From NCBI GenBank assembly GCA_036654455.1, contig JAVVRZ010000001.1, forward strand, positions 193,345-257,344: a DNA stretch of 64,000 nucleotides. Direction: 5' to 3'. Both the position numbers and the translations under genes were made by a program. Of this stretch, positions 19,160-26,472 are shown one piece after another. The notes below the pieces were generated by a model. It worked only from the letters and a program-made list of their open reading frames with translations. It was not told where the DNA came from and did not search any database. Origin of the DNA: Clostridia bacterium (lineage in GTDB: Bacteria > Bacillota > Clostridia > Christensenellales > CAG-314). How positions within the stretch are numbered: the first letter of the stretch is position 1; the number at the start of each line of letters is the position of its first letter.

Positions 19160-19746
19160 AAATAAGGTGGTGATAACACAGATAAACCTTACGGCATAGG
19201 TTCAGTAGGATTTCCCCATCGTTCGCTCATCGTCGCCGAATAAGCAGTTTCCTTTTAAGAACGACAACGTAATGTTGCCAATCACGCAACTGAATCGCCA
19301 CTTAGTCCGTACTATAATCTCCGCATTACCTTCTGTAAAGCAGTCTAGAAGATTTCCTTGGCAAAAAACAAATACATTTATCTTCTTTTGCAGAGTTGAT
19401 TTCATAGAGCAGTCATATTTTACAGTTGGCCAACCTTAGATATGTTCACTAATCCCACAAACCCCGCTCAAAGCAGGCTACTCTGTACACAGCTTAACGG
19501 CCGCATAGCAGGTTCATACTCGAAGAGTAAGGTACTTTATTCGCTTACCCTTTCGGGTCTCCACGACTACTGGGAATATAACTCAGCCGTATGCCATTAC
19601 GACATACCCAATAGTCTTAACTTCCAGCACCAACCCATGTTTGGGCAACATACGCCAGCACCAGAAACTTCATAGTTGTGCCCTTTGACGATCTTTTAGC
19701 CCCGTCTTGAATGTATCGTATTTTGACTAGAATACTGCACCACCTG
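19160..19746 (-). ncRNA. ole: large structured ncRNA, OLE (ornate, large, extremophilic) RNA candidate
   Basis: A 680-nt non-coding gap in an otherwise tightly packed operon, with its own near-consensus promoter. 5' GGUGGUG (19744-19738) pairs with 3' CACCACC (19172-19166) and encloses about 570 nt. Many internal hairpins, including ACCC-GAAA-GGGU (19547-19558), GUUGC-N7-GCAAC (19274-19290) and AACCU-N7-AGGUU (19185-19202). The context ispA-RNA-membrane protein-dxs-nadK-argR-recN matches the published OLE locus. Ends are approximate. Confidence 0.7.
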
Positions 19747-19752
19747 TTTAGT

Positions 19753-19781
19753 ATTATAGCATAATAGTATGCAAAATGCAA
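19753..19781 (-). promoter_or_regulatory. strong sigma-A promoter driving the OLE-like RNA
   Basis: Minus strand: TTGCAT (19781-19776), 17-nt spacer, TATAAT (19758-19753) with an upstream TATGc extended -10/-16 element. Confidence 0.65.
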
Positions 19782-19818
19782 ATATGTTAATACATATTAG
19801 GCTTTTTTTAATTAAATT

Positions 19819-20577
19819 TCATTTAATTTTCAACTGATTTAGGTTGTCAAATAGGTATCCGCTATAAATATTTAAATTTTTGAGCGCAAAATAAGCGTTT
19901 GTAAGATATTTTTCAAGTAGTTGAGCGTCCTCGCCGTTTTTAACTTCATTGTCGGCAAGGTCGTCTGCGAGTTGAAAAGCTAGCCCGTAAAAGTTAGCGT
20001 AATCAATAAAATATTGTTGAATTTGTTGACTAGCGCAAGCATATTTTGCTATGCTTAGGACGCTAGCGACAAACATCTTAGAAGTTTTTAACAAAGAAAT
20101 TTGATAATTTGGACAAGCAGACTGCAAATCAAAACTTTGACCTAGTATCATACCGTTTACGCCCGAACATTCGAAGATTGAATTTATAGCTTCGGCATAA
20201 CCAAAAGATAAGTCGTTATTTTGTAGCAATATTGATATCGCTGTATTTAGTAGTCCGTCGCCTGCAAGTAACGCCGTCGCTACGTCAAACTCCTTGTGAC
20301 AGCTAGGTTTGCCTCGACGAAAATCGTCGTCGTCCATACAAGGCAAATCGTCGTGAATAAGCGAATACGTATGTATCATTTCAATAGCCGATGCAATCGC
20401 TCTAACTTGGTTGTTGTCTAGTAGAAAATAATCAGCAACGGCAAGACAAGTGAAAAATCGTTTGCGTTTACCGCCCGAAAGCAAACTATACTCCATAGCT
20501 TTATATAGTCTGTCGTCCCCTTTTGGCAAAAAACTTAGCAGTACAGAATTTGCGTCTACGCTATTCGTCAAGTCCAT
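19819..20577 (-). CDS. ispA: farnesyl diphosphate synthase / polyprenyl synthetase
   Basis: 252 aa. First DDxxD motif LIHDDLPCMDDDDFRRGK and second motif FQLADDLAD. Somewhat short at the N-terminus and overlaps xseB by 17 nt. Confidence 0.85.
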   Translation of the reverse strand: MDLTNSVDANSVLLSFLPKGDDRLYKAMEYSLLSGGKRKRFFTCLAVADYFLLDNNQVRAIASAIEMIHTYSLIHDDLPCMDDDDFRRGKPSCHKEFDVATALLAGDGLLNTAISILLQNNDLSFGYAEAINSIFECSGVNGMILGQSFDLQSACPNYQISLLKTSKMFVASVLSIAKYACASQQIQQYFIDYANFYGLAFQLADDLADNEVKNGEDAQLLEKYLTNAYFALKNLNIYSGYLFDNLNQLKIK

Positions 20578-20755
20578 CTAGGCTCTCCTTTAAAATAATT
20601 AACTTACCTTTATAAGAATTTAGCGCTGAAAAACATTGTTTAGTAAGTTTGACCCCTTGTTCAAGCAACTCTAAACTATAATTTAAGGTAATATCTTTGT
20701 CTTCCATTTTCTCAATAATATTCTCTAATTCAATCAATAATTTTTCAATATCCAT
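20561..20755 (-). CDS. xseB: exodeoxyribonuclease VII small subunit
   Basis: 64 aa, helical, directly downstream of xseA. Confidence 0.8.
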   Translation of the reverse strand: MDIEKLLIELENIIEKMEDKDITLNYSLELLEQGVKLTKQCFSALNSYKGKLIILKESLDGLDE

Positions 20756-20764
20756 ATATACCTT

Positions 20765-21880
20765 CTATTTTTGTGTTTTTATTTCGACAATTTTTGTTTT
20801 TAGTTGCCCGTCTTGCATAGTTAAATCGATTATATCGTCAACCTTAACTTGACTGACGCTACCTATTAATTTAGTTTGCTTAGATACTTGCGCAAAACCA
20901 TTTGAAAACTTTTTGAGAGGGCTAAGCGAATCAAGTTTAATTGAAAGATTACTTAGTCTACCTTCTTGACTAGCTAAATTTGTAGCCGTTTGATAATATA
21001 CTTTATTTACGCTTAGCCTAGTTTTTTGAATTTGACTGTTTAGTTTTGCATCAACCGAAGAATAAATATGCCTAAGAAGTTGAATACATCTTTGTCTGTA
21101 TTTTATCAAATCTATCGTAAGTAGTTCGCCAGCTTCGGTTGGCGTAACCGCTCGAATATCTGCTGTAAAGTCGCACAGCGTAAAGTCTATGCCGTGTCCT
21201 ATTGCCGAAACTGTGGGTTTTTTACAATTATATAAACACCTAACCACTGTTTCGTTGTTAAATACTGATAAATCTTCCTTGCTACCGCCACCACGTGCAA
21301 GTATAACGGCGTCAACTTGACTAGAAGAAAAATAATTTAGTGCCTCGCATATATCGTTTATAGCAAGTTCGCCAGAAACTCTTACTGGATAAAGAACTGT
21401 GTCCGCAGTATTATTACGACGTTTAACCACTTCTAGAATATCGGTAATTACAGCGCCTTTATTTGAAGTGATTATGCCTATTGTTTGGCAGTTTGTAGGT
21501 ACGATTTTTTTGTTTGCAAGGTCAAAAATACCTTCTTTTTCAAGCTTTTCTTTGAGCAAAATATACGCTAGATAGTCTTGACCTAAATTTTTGGTTAATT
21601 CGACTTTTGTAACCGTAAAATTAAACCTTGCATTTTTTGTAAAAAAGTTGATATTACCGCTAGCTACAATTTCTAGACCATTTTTTAATAAGGAATCAAA
21701 TTTACCTTTATAGATAAAACAATCAAGTGTGCTTGCTAAGTCTTTAAGAGTAAAATAAACGCCGGAATAGCTATCTTTTAGGTTGCATACTTCGCCCTTG
21801 ATTGATAAAGTATTGAGCATACTCTCGCTGTCAAGTATGCCCTTAATATAAGTATTAAATTGAGTTACCGAAATTATCAT
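20765..21880 (-). CDS. xseA: exodeoxyribonuclease VII large subunit
   Basis: 371 aa. N-terminal OB fold (VCNLKDSYSGVYFTLKD) and catalytic core ARGGGS. Confidence 0.9.
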   Translation of the reverse strand: MIISVTQFNTYIKGILDSESMLNTLSIKGEVCNLKDSYSGVYFTLKDLASTLDCFIYKGKFDSLLKNGLEIVASGNINFFTKNARFNFTVTKVELTKNLGQDYLAYILLKEKLEKEGIFDLANKKIVPTNCQTIGIITSNKGAVITDILEVVKRRNNTADTVLYPVRVSGELAINDICEALNYFSSSQVDAVILARGGGSKEDLSVFNNETVVRCLYNCKKPTVSAIGHGIDFTLCDFTADIRAVTPTEAGELLTIDLIKYRQRCIQLLRHIYSSVDAKLNSQIQKTRLSVNKVYYQTATNLASQEGRLSNLSIKLDSLSPLKKFSNGFAQVSKQTKLIGSVSQVKVDDIIDLTMQDGQLKTKIVEIKTQK

Positions 21881-21886
21881 TAAAAA

Positions 21887-22300
21887 TTAAGCGTTGGTTG
21901 GTCTAGGATTAGCTCGTACAAATTCGGCTAATATGCCGTTAACATAAGAAAGGCTTTTGTCGGTAGAATATTTTTTTGCAAGGTCAACCGCTTCGTTAAT
22001 GCAAACCGCTATTGGCGTATCGAAGTGTTCAAGCTCATACATAGTAAGCGCTAGTATAGCTAAGTCAATCTTATAAATACGGTCTAATTTAAAGCCCTTA
22101 GAATAAGTAGCGACTTTATTTTTGTATTCGTCAATATGAACGGACACACCTCTATACAGTTGCAAGACAAAATCTTTGTCTTCGGGGGCAAGTTTTTCAG
22201 CGTCAAACATTTCAAAACATTCGTCGTCTTCTTTGATTGACTGATTAAACATATATTCAAATGTTAAACAAAATGCGACTTCACGCGCGTATCTTCTCAT
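21887..22300 (-). CDS. nusB: transcription antitermination factor NusB
   Basis: 137 aa. N-terminal RRYAREVAF pattern and ...VNGIL C-terminal pattern. Confidence 0.9.
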   Translation of the reverse strand: MRRYAREVAFCLTFEYMFNQSIKEDDECFEMFDAEKLAPEDKDFVLQLYRGVSVHIDEYKNKVATYSKGFKLDRIYKIDLAILALTMYELEHFDTPIAVCINEAVDLAKKYSTDKSLSYVNGILAEFVRANPRPTNA

Positions 22301-22319
22301 ATTCCTCCAAATATATTTT

Positions 22320-22342
22320 AACCCCTTAGGTTTTAAGGGGTT
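22320..22342 (-). other. GC-rich hairpin between asp23 and nusB without a U-tract
   Basis: Minus strand: AACCCCUUA-aaacc-UAAGGGGUU, located 5 nt after the asp23 stop and 19 nt before the nusB ATG. It is followed by AAAAUAUAUUU, not a U-run. Confidence 0.4.
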
Positions 22343-22347
22343 AAAGA

Positions 22348-22683
22348 TTATTTATCAAAAATTACGTCTACTATATGAACATTAATTTCTTTTACACGAA
22401 ATTCGGTCATAGTTTCTAAGGCGTTTTTAATCGTGCTTTGTATTTTGCTAGCTACTTCGGAAACTTTGGAAGTATAGATTAAACTTACGAATACATCGAC
22501 AAAAAGCATATTGTCCACGTAATCTACTCGTATATTTTTAGGTACTTGTTTACTATTTTTACCTGAAATAGAAGGTTTGATGACTTCTTTAATCTCGCCG
22601 AGAGCGCAATCGATTAGCCCTACAACTATCTCGCTACTATACTCAACTTTGCCGATATTATCGTGATTAGATACTACTTTCAT
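22348..22683 (-). CDS. Asp23/Gls24 family alkaline shock protein (YqhY-like)
   Basis: 111 aa. Asp23 family pattern and the conserved position upstream of nusB. Confidence 0.8.
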   Translation of the reverse strand: MKVVSNHDNIGKVEYSSEIVVGLIDCALGEIKEVIKPSISGKNSKQVPKNIRVDYVDNMLFVDVFVSLIYTSKVSEVASKIQSTIKNALETMTEFRVKEINVHIVDVIFDK

Positions 22684-22709
22684 AACAATCTCCTAAATAT
22701 TATGTTAGT

Positions 22710-22738
22710 AGTATAGCATAATAGCAAAAAAAATACAA
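22710..22738 (-). promoter_or_regulatory. sigma-A promoter for the asp23-nusB-xseAB-ispA unit
   Basis: Minus strand: TTGTAT (22738-22733), 17-nt spacer, TATACT (22715-22710) preceded by TATGc. It shares the 13-mer CTATTATGCTATA with the OLE-like RNA promoter. Confidence 0.5.
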
Positions 22739-22768
22739 ATAAATTAAGATTATTTGCATTTTTTTAAC
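22727..22768 (-). terminator. AU-rich terminator-like hairpin after spoIIIAH
   Basis: Minus strand: AAAUGCAAAUAA / UUAUUUGUAUUU stem (one G-U pair) followed by a U-run. Overlaps the -35 of the next promoter. Confidence 0.45.
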
Positions 22769-22779
22769 CTATAAATATT

Positions 22780-23268
22780 TTAAACGCTTTGGATAGTTAT
22801 ATAATCAGTTGTAGTATTAGTTTCGCCAATAATTATGTTGTAGATTACCCCCGTATCTTCCTTTGTCAAATCTGAGTCAGAAACCACAACGTTGATGCGG
22901 TCGGTAGCCGCCGCAATACTTACTACCGCATCGGCAAAGCCCTGAGCTTTAAGCAAGGTTTCTAAATACAGTTCAAGTTCGGCAACCTCAATAAGTTTAA
23001 GCTTTTGCGCCATAGCGTCGGCTCTTGCTTGTTTAAATTCGTCGCCTTCGGTTTTGATAATTTCGTCAAGCTGTGATACCTCATAGCTACGCAAGCTCTG
23101 TTTGTTTAGTCGATAAGCCGAGAAAAACGTTACAGTTTGGCTTGTTCCTCCGTCCTTATCGGTTTGAGCGTCGTCGTTATTGGATAATAAAGCGATGTTT
23201 ACATAGGCGGCAAGCGCTAATATAAGCACCATTGATACCAACAACACAATTTTCTTTTTCTTAGACAT
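22780..23268 (-). CDS. spoIIIAH: stage III sporulation protein AH
   Basis: 162 aa with an N-terminal TM anchor (MSKKKKIVLLVSMVLILALAAYV). It is the last gene of the spoIIIA cluster. Confidence 0.6.
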   Translation of the reverse strand: MSKKKKIVLLVSMVLILALAAYVNIALLSNNDDAQTDKDGGTSQTVTFFSAYRLNKQSLRSYEVSQLDEIIKTEGDEFKQARADAMAQKLKLIEVAELELYLETLLKAQGFADAVVSIAAATDRINVVVSDSDLTKEDTGVIYNIIIGETNTTTDYITIQSV

Positions 23269-23283
23269 TTTGTTTCCCCTCCA

Positions 23284-23697
23284 TTATTTTTTATATGAAA
23301 AAATTTCAATTAGATAGTCTTCTATTCCCAGTAGCGTGGTTATCGCTTGCGTTACCTTTACCCTATTTATAGCGTTTTCAGCTCCGCTAAATACCACTAC
23401 AACGCCTAATATATTAGGCATTATTTCTTCGATTAGTACAGGTTTACCGCCGATTAGAACAATTTTCGAGTTTTGATTTTTGTCGTTTTCATAAGCATAT
23501 ACTTGTTTAATGTTGCCTTTATAGGTAATCGCTACCGAAACGTTGTCTACCCCGTCAATTTTTGACAAAATATCGTTTAACTTATCCTCTAAGGTATAAT
23601 TGTATTTTTCTAGCTGAGTTTTATCATCTAAATTAGTTTGAACTATTTTAGGTTTTGCAGAGCTACTAAAAAATACTATCAAAACCAAAACGCACAA
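23284..23697 (-). CDS. spoIIIAG: stage III sporulation protein AG (start uncertain)
   Basis: Assigned by position in the spoIIIA cluster and by its C-terminal ring-domain-like region. The reading frame stays open upstream to 23769 and encodes the expected basic N-terminus plus the rest of the TM helix, but no ATG/GTG/TTG lies there. Confidence 0.6.
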   Translation of the reverse strand: MCVLVLIVFFSSSAKPKIVQTNLDDKTQLEKYNYTLEDKLNDILSKIDGVDNVSVAITYKGNIKQVYAYENDKNQNSKIVLIGGKPVLIEEIMPNILGVVVVFSGAENAINRVKVTQAITTLLGIEDYLIEIFSYKK

Positions 23698-23761
23698 GAT
23701 ACAAGCGACAATTACCTCAATGTTTTTAATATTCTTAATTTTTGCAAAAAAACTTAACTTT

Positions 23762-24253
23762 TCAATATATCATCACCTGCCCTTTTTCAATCGATAAAAA
23801 TTTAGCGGTAATATCTATTATCTTTTCTTTAATATTTATATGAGAAATATTTTTATCTATAACCAAATTATTTAAATTAAGTAACACTTTTTCTACCAAA
23901 CGAATATTGTTAGAGTTGGCGTAAACAATTTGACATTCAACCTTTTTATAACCCTTGCTTTCTAAATAGATAATTAATGAGTTCTCTCGTTCTTGTGCGC
24001 TTAGATTATTGACAAACTCAATAAAATTAGTATCAATAGTGATAGGATCTTGATTATCGCTTGTAGTTAAATCGGCAAGATTGCTATTAAATATAATCGG
24101 CAAAGGTTGTATTATTACAAAAATTACAATAATAGCCATTATGCCCTTAATATATTTATTTGTTTGTCCGTCAGGAATTATAATGTCAACCAGTACGGTT
24201 AATATTACTACCCCTATTACGGCTATTGCCCAAACTGATAACTTTGCAAGCAT
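23762..24253 (-). CDS. spoIIIAF: stage III sporulation protein AF
   Basis: 163 aa with two N-terminal TM helices containing the LVDIIIPDGQTNKYIKG pattern typical of SpoIIIAF. Confidence 0.65.
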   Translation of the reverse strand: MLAKLSVWAIAVIGVVILTVLVDIIIPDGQTNKYIKGIMAIIVIFVIIQPLPIIFNSNLADLTTSDNQDPITIDTNFIEFVNNLSAQERENSLIIYLESKGYKKVECQIVYANSNNIRLVEKVLLNLNNLVIDKNISHINIKEKIIDITAKFLSIEKGQVMIY

Positions 24254-24262
24254 ATTTTTCTC

Positions 24263-25438
24263 CTACACAAAAGCGTTTACCGAACAAATTAGTAGCAATA
24301 TCACAACAAAGAGCATAAAAGCCACTGCAAGAACGGTTAAATATAGAACGGTTAACGATTTAGAAATACTTGAAAGAAAGCTAACTACTCTTTTATCGGT
24401 TACGGGTTCGGTAACGGCTGAGGCTAGTTGAAGGGATAAACTATACGCAATAATTTCAATAATCGGCGAAGTAATAATTGTAAGAAGGGCAAATAGCCCG
24501 ACAATTCCAAAAGCGTTTTTTATCAGCACGCTACTAGCTAAAATTAAGTCAAAACCTTCGGCAAGATAACCGCCTAATATAGGCACGTAATTTTTGGTAG
24601 CAAACTTTGCCGCCCTTATTGAAACGCTATCTATTGTGCCTGCGCTTACTCCTTTAATTGTCAAAAAAGCAGTAAATACAGTGAACACAATACCTAGTAT
24701 TATAGTTGCGCTACTATGAAAAAATTTGGCTAGTTTTTCTAATTTAATATTGCTAGAAAGGTTAGAAATAACAGTAAAAACTATGCTCATAATTGCAAGA
24801 GGCAAAATTGCGATTGTAACAATTTCTATTATTGTTCCGCAAAAAATTGCCACTGAGGGCTGAAAAACCGATAAAGTAACTTTACCGCCTATTGCCGAAA
24901 TCAGCGTCAAAAGTATAGGCAAAGCTAAATTTGATAATTTTTTAATATCTTGAATTGTACGCCTTGTATGTTCGATTAATTTCCAAACTGCAATTAAAGT
25001 AACTATTACAATTACTGCGTAACATACAAAATAAACAACCTCGCTTGTCCCTCTTATAAAGGAATTATCTTTTTTAACTAGCACTCCTAGCAATAGAGAA
25101 ATGACTACAATAGTTAGAACGCTAGGTAATAAGTCAATAATTTTACCAAAAAATATTTGTATAAGAAATTGAAAATAATCAATTTCCTGAACGTCCATTT
25201 CGCCTTTAATAATCTTTTTAACTGCGTCTACTACTCCGCTATTGATTAAAGAATTATCAAGAGTAGAAAGAAAATTTTCAAGTTCCTTCCAATTTAGTTG
25301 TTCAATTTGTTTATCAGTATTTTCTTGAATATTGTCTATAACTTCGCTTTCTTTGTCTGCATAGGCAAAATTACCACTAAGTATTATAAAAATAGTCAAT
25401 ATTAATAATACTATGACACAAATAGTATTCTTTTTCAC
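24263..25438 (-). CDS. spoIIIAE: stage III sporulation protein AE
   Basis: 391 aa, signal peptide plus polytopic membrane protein. Size and position are typical. Confidence 0.8.
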   Translation of the reverse strand: MKKNTICVIVLLILTIFIILSGNFAYADKESEVIDNIQENTDKQIEQLNWKELENFLSTLDNSLINSGVVDAVKKIIKGEMDVQEIDYFQFLIQIFFGKIIDLLPSVLTIVVISLLLGVLVKKDNSFIRGTSEVVYFVCYAVIVIVTLIAVWKLIEHTRRTIQDIKKLSNLALPILLTLISAIGGKVTLSVFQPSVAIFCGTIIEIVTIAILPLAIMSIVFTVISNLSSNIKLEKLAKFFHSSATIILGIVFTVFTAFLTIKGVSAGTIDSVSIRAAKFATKNYVPILGGYLAEGFDLILASSVLIKNAFGIVGLFALLTIITSPIIEIIAYSLSLQLASAVTEPVTDKRVVSFLSSISKSLTVLYLTVLAVAFMLFVVILLLICSVNAFV

Positions 25439-25821
25439 GGTAATAGTTTTATTACAACCTCCACAAGACTAGTAATTAAGGGCAAAGCTACTATCATAAT
25501 ACAAATTTTTCCGGCAAAAAATATCTTATCGCCTATGCTACGACTATCGGCGTCAATACACATATTACCTGCAAACTCAGTTAAATATCCAATACCGATT
25601 ACTTTAATTACAGTTGCGAAAAGTCCGCTATTTATACCTGTCTTTTCGGCTAGATTATAGAAAGTATAAGCTACGTCAAATAGCCCGTCTAGTACGGAAA
25701 TAATGATGATTATACCGCTACCAATTCCCAGTAGCAAGGCTGTTTCCTTGCTATATGGCCTTAGATAAATTACCATAAAAGTTGCAACTATGCCAAAAGC
25801 TACAATTTGCAAAATGTTCAT
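25435..25821 (-). CDS. spoIIIAD: stage III sporulation protein AD
   Basis: 128 aa with 4 TM. Assigned by cluster order. Confidence 0.75.
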   Translation of the reverse strand: MNILQIVAFGIVATFMVIYLRPYSKETALLLGIGSGIIIIISVLDGLFDVAYTFYNLAEKTGINSGLFATVIKVIGIGYLTEFAGNMCIDADSRSIGDKIFFAGKICIMIVALPLITSLVEVVIKLLP

Positions 25822-25823
25822 AG

Positions 25824-26018
25824 CTAAAATTTAAATAATGATTCAATCGAACTAAATAATTGAAAAACCATATCTAACACAATTAAAAGCCCAAGTATAA
25901 GCCCTGCGATTGTTACCAAAGTAGCTATTTCGTCTTTATTAGCTTTTTTTAACAAAGCTGATATTACTGCGGTAAGCAAACCTATTACGGCTATTTTATA
26001 AATTAAACTTATATCCAT
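25824..26018 (-). CDS. spoIIIAC: stage III sporulation protein AC
   Basis: 64 aa with 2 TM. Assigned by cluster order. Confidence 0.75.
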   Translation of the reverse strand: MDISLIYKIAVIGLLTAVISALLKKANKDEIATLVTIAGLILGLLIVLDMVFQLFSSIESLFKF

Positions 26019-26019
26019 A

Positions 26020-26472
26020 TTAAATTATTATGATACACAATAACACACCCACAAAAACCCCTAATTTTAACACCAATAACGCTTTACTTTTACTTTCGCT
26101 AGATACTTCTTCATATTTTTTATTAAAATATTTGCTGAAAAATTCTACTTCTTTTATTTGTGTTCTTGCATCATTTTTTCCTAAAAGATTAAAGAAATCT
26201 TTAATGTAGTTGGCTTCTTGTTGTGTTAAATACTTTAAACTTATATCTTTTCCCGAGTAATAAGCGTCTTTAATAGTTATAAATTCACTGCTATAACTAG
26301 GACTACTAAACAACGCTGACAATTTATCCAATTTGTACTCTAAGTTTGCCGTATAACTAGCGCAAAAAGAAACAAAGCTATAATAAAGTTTCTCTTTAAT
26401 TTTATATTTTTGAGATAACTTATAACCGATATATGTACAACTGACAACTAAGACAATACAAGCTAATTGCAT
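26020..26472 (-). CDS. spoIIIAB: stage III sporulation protein AB
   Basis: 150 aa with N- and C-terminal TM helices flanking a soluble domain. Assigned by cluster order. Confidence 0.6.
   Translation of the reverse strand: MQLACIVLVVSCTYIGYKLSQKYKIKEKLYYSFVSFCASYTANLEYKLDKLSALFSSPSYSSEFITIKDAYYSGKDISLKYLTQQEANYIKDFFNLLGKNDARTQIKEVEFFSKYFNKKYEEVSSESKSKALLVLKLGVFVGVLLCIIII

Noticed and set aside
19202-19675. Track ORFs 19202-19405 (minus, 67 aa) and 19442-19675 (plus, 77 aa) in the ispA-dxs gap.
   Set aside because: Neither has an SD, a family resemblance or protein-like composition. They lie on opposite strands inside a region better explained as one promoter-driven structured RNA closed by a terminal helix.
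19160-19746. Alternative identities for the large RNA: RNase P RNA, tmRNA, a group II intron or a long riboswitch leader.
   Set aside because: At about 585 nt it is too long for RNase P (about 400 nt) or tmRNA (about 360 nt). I could not find the RNase P GGAAAGUCC-type core, nor a tmRNA tag ORF or tRNA-like ends. There is no intron-encoded protein or recognisable domain V, and it does not interrupt a gene. The ispA / 4-TM protein / dxs context specifically fits OLE.
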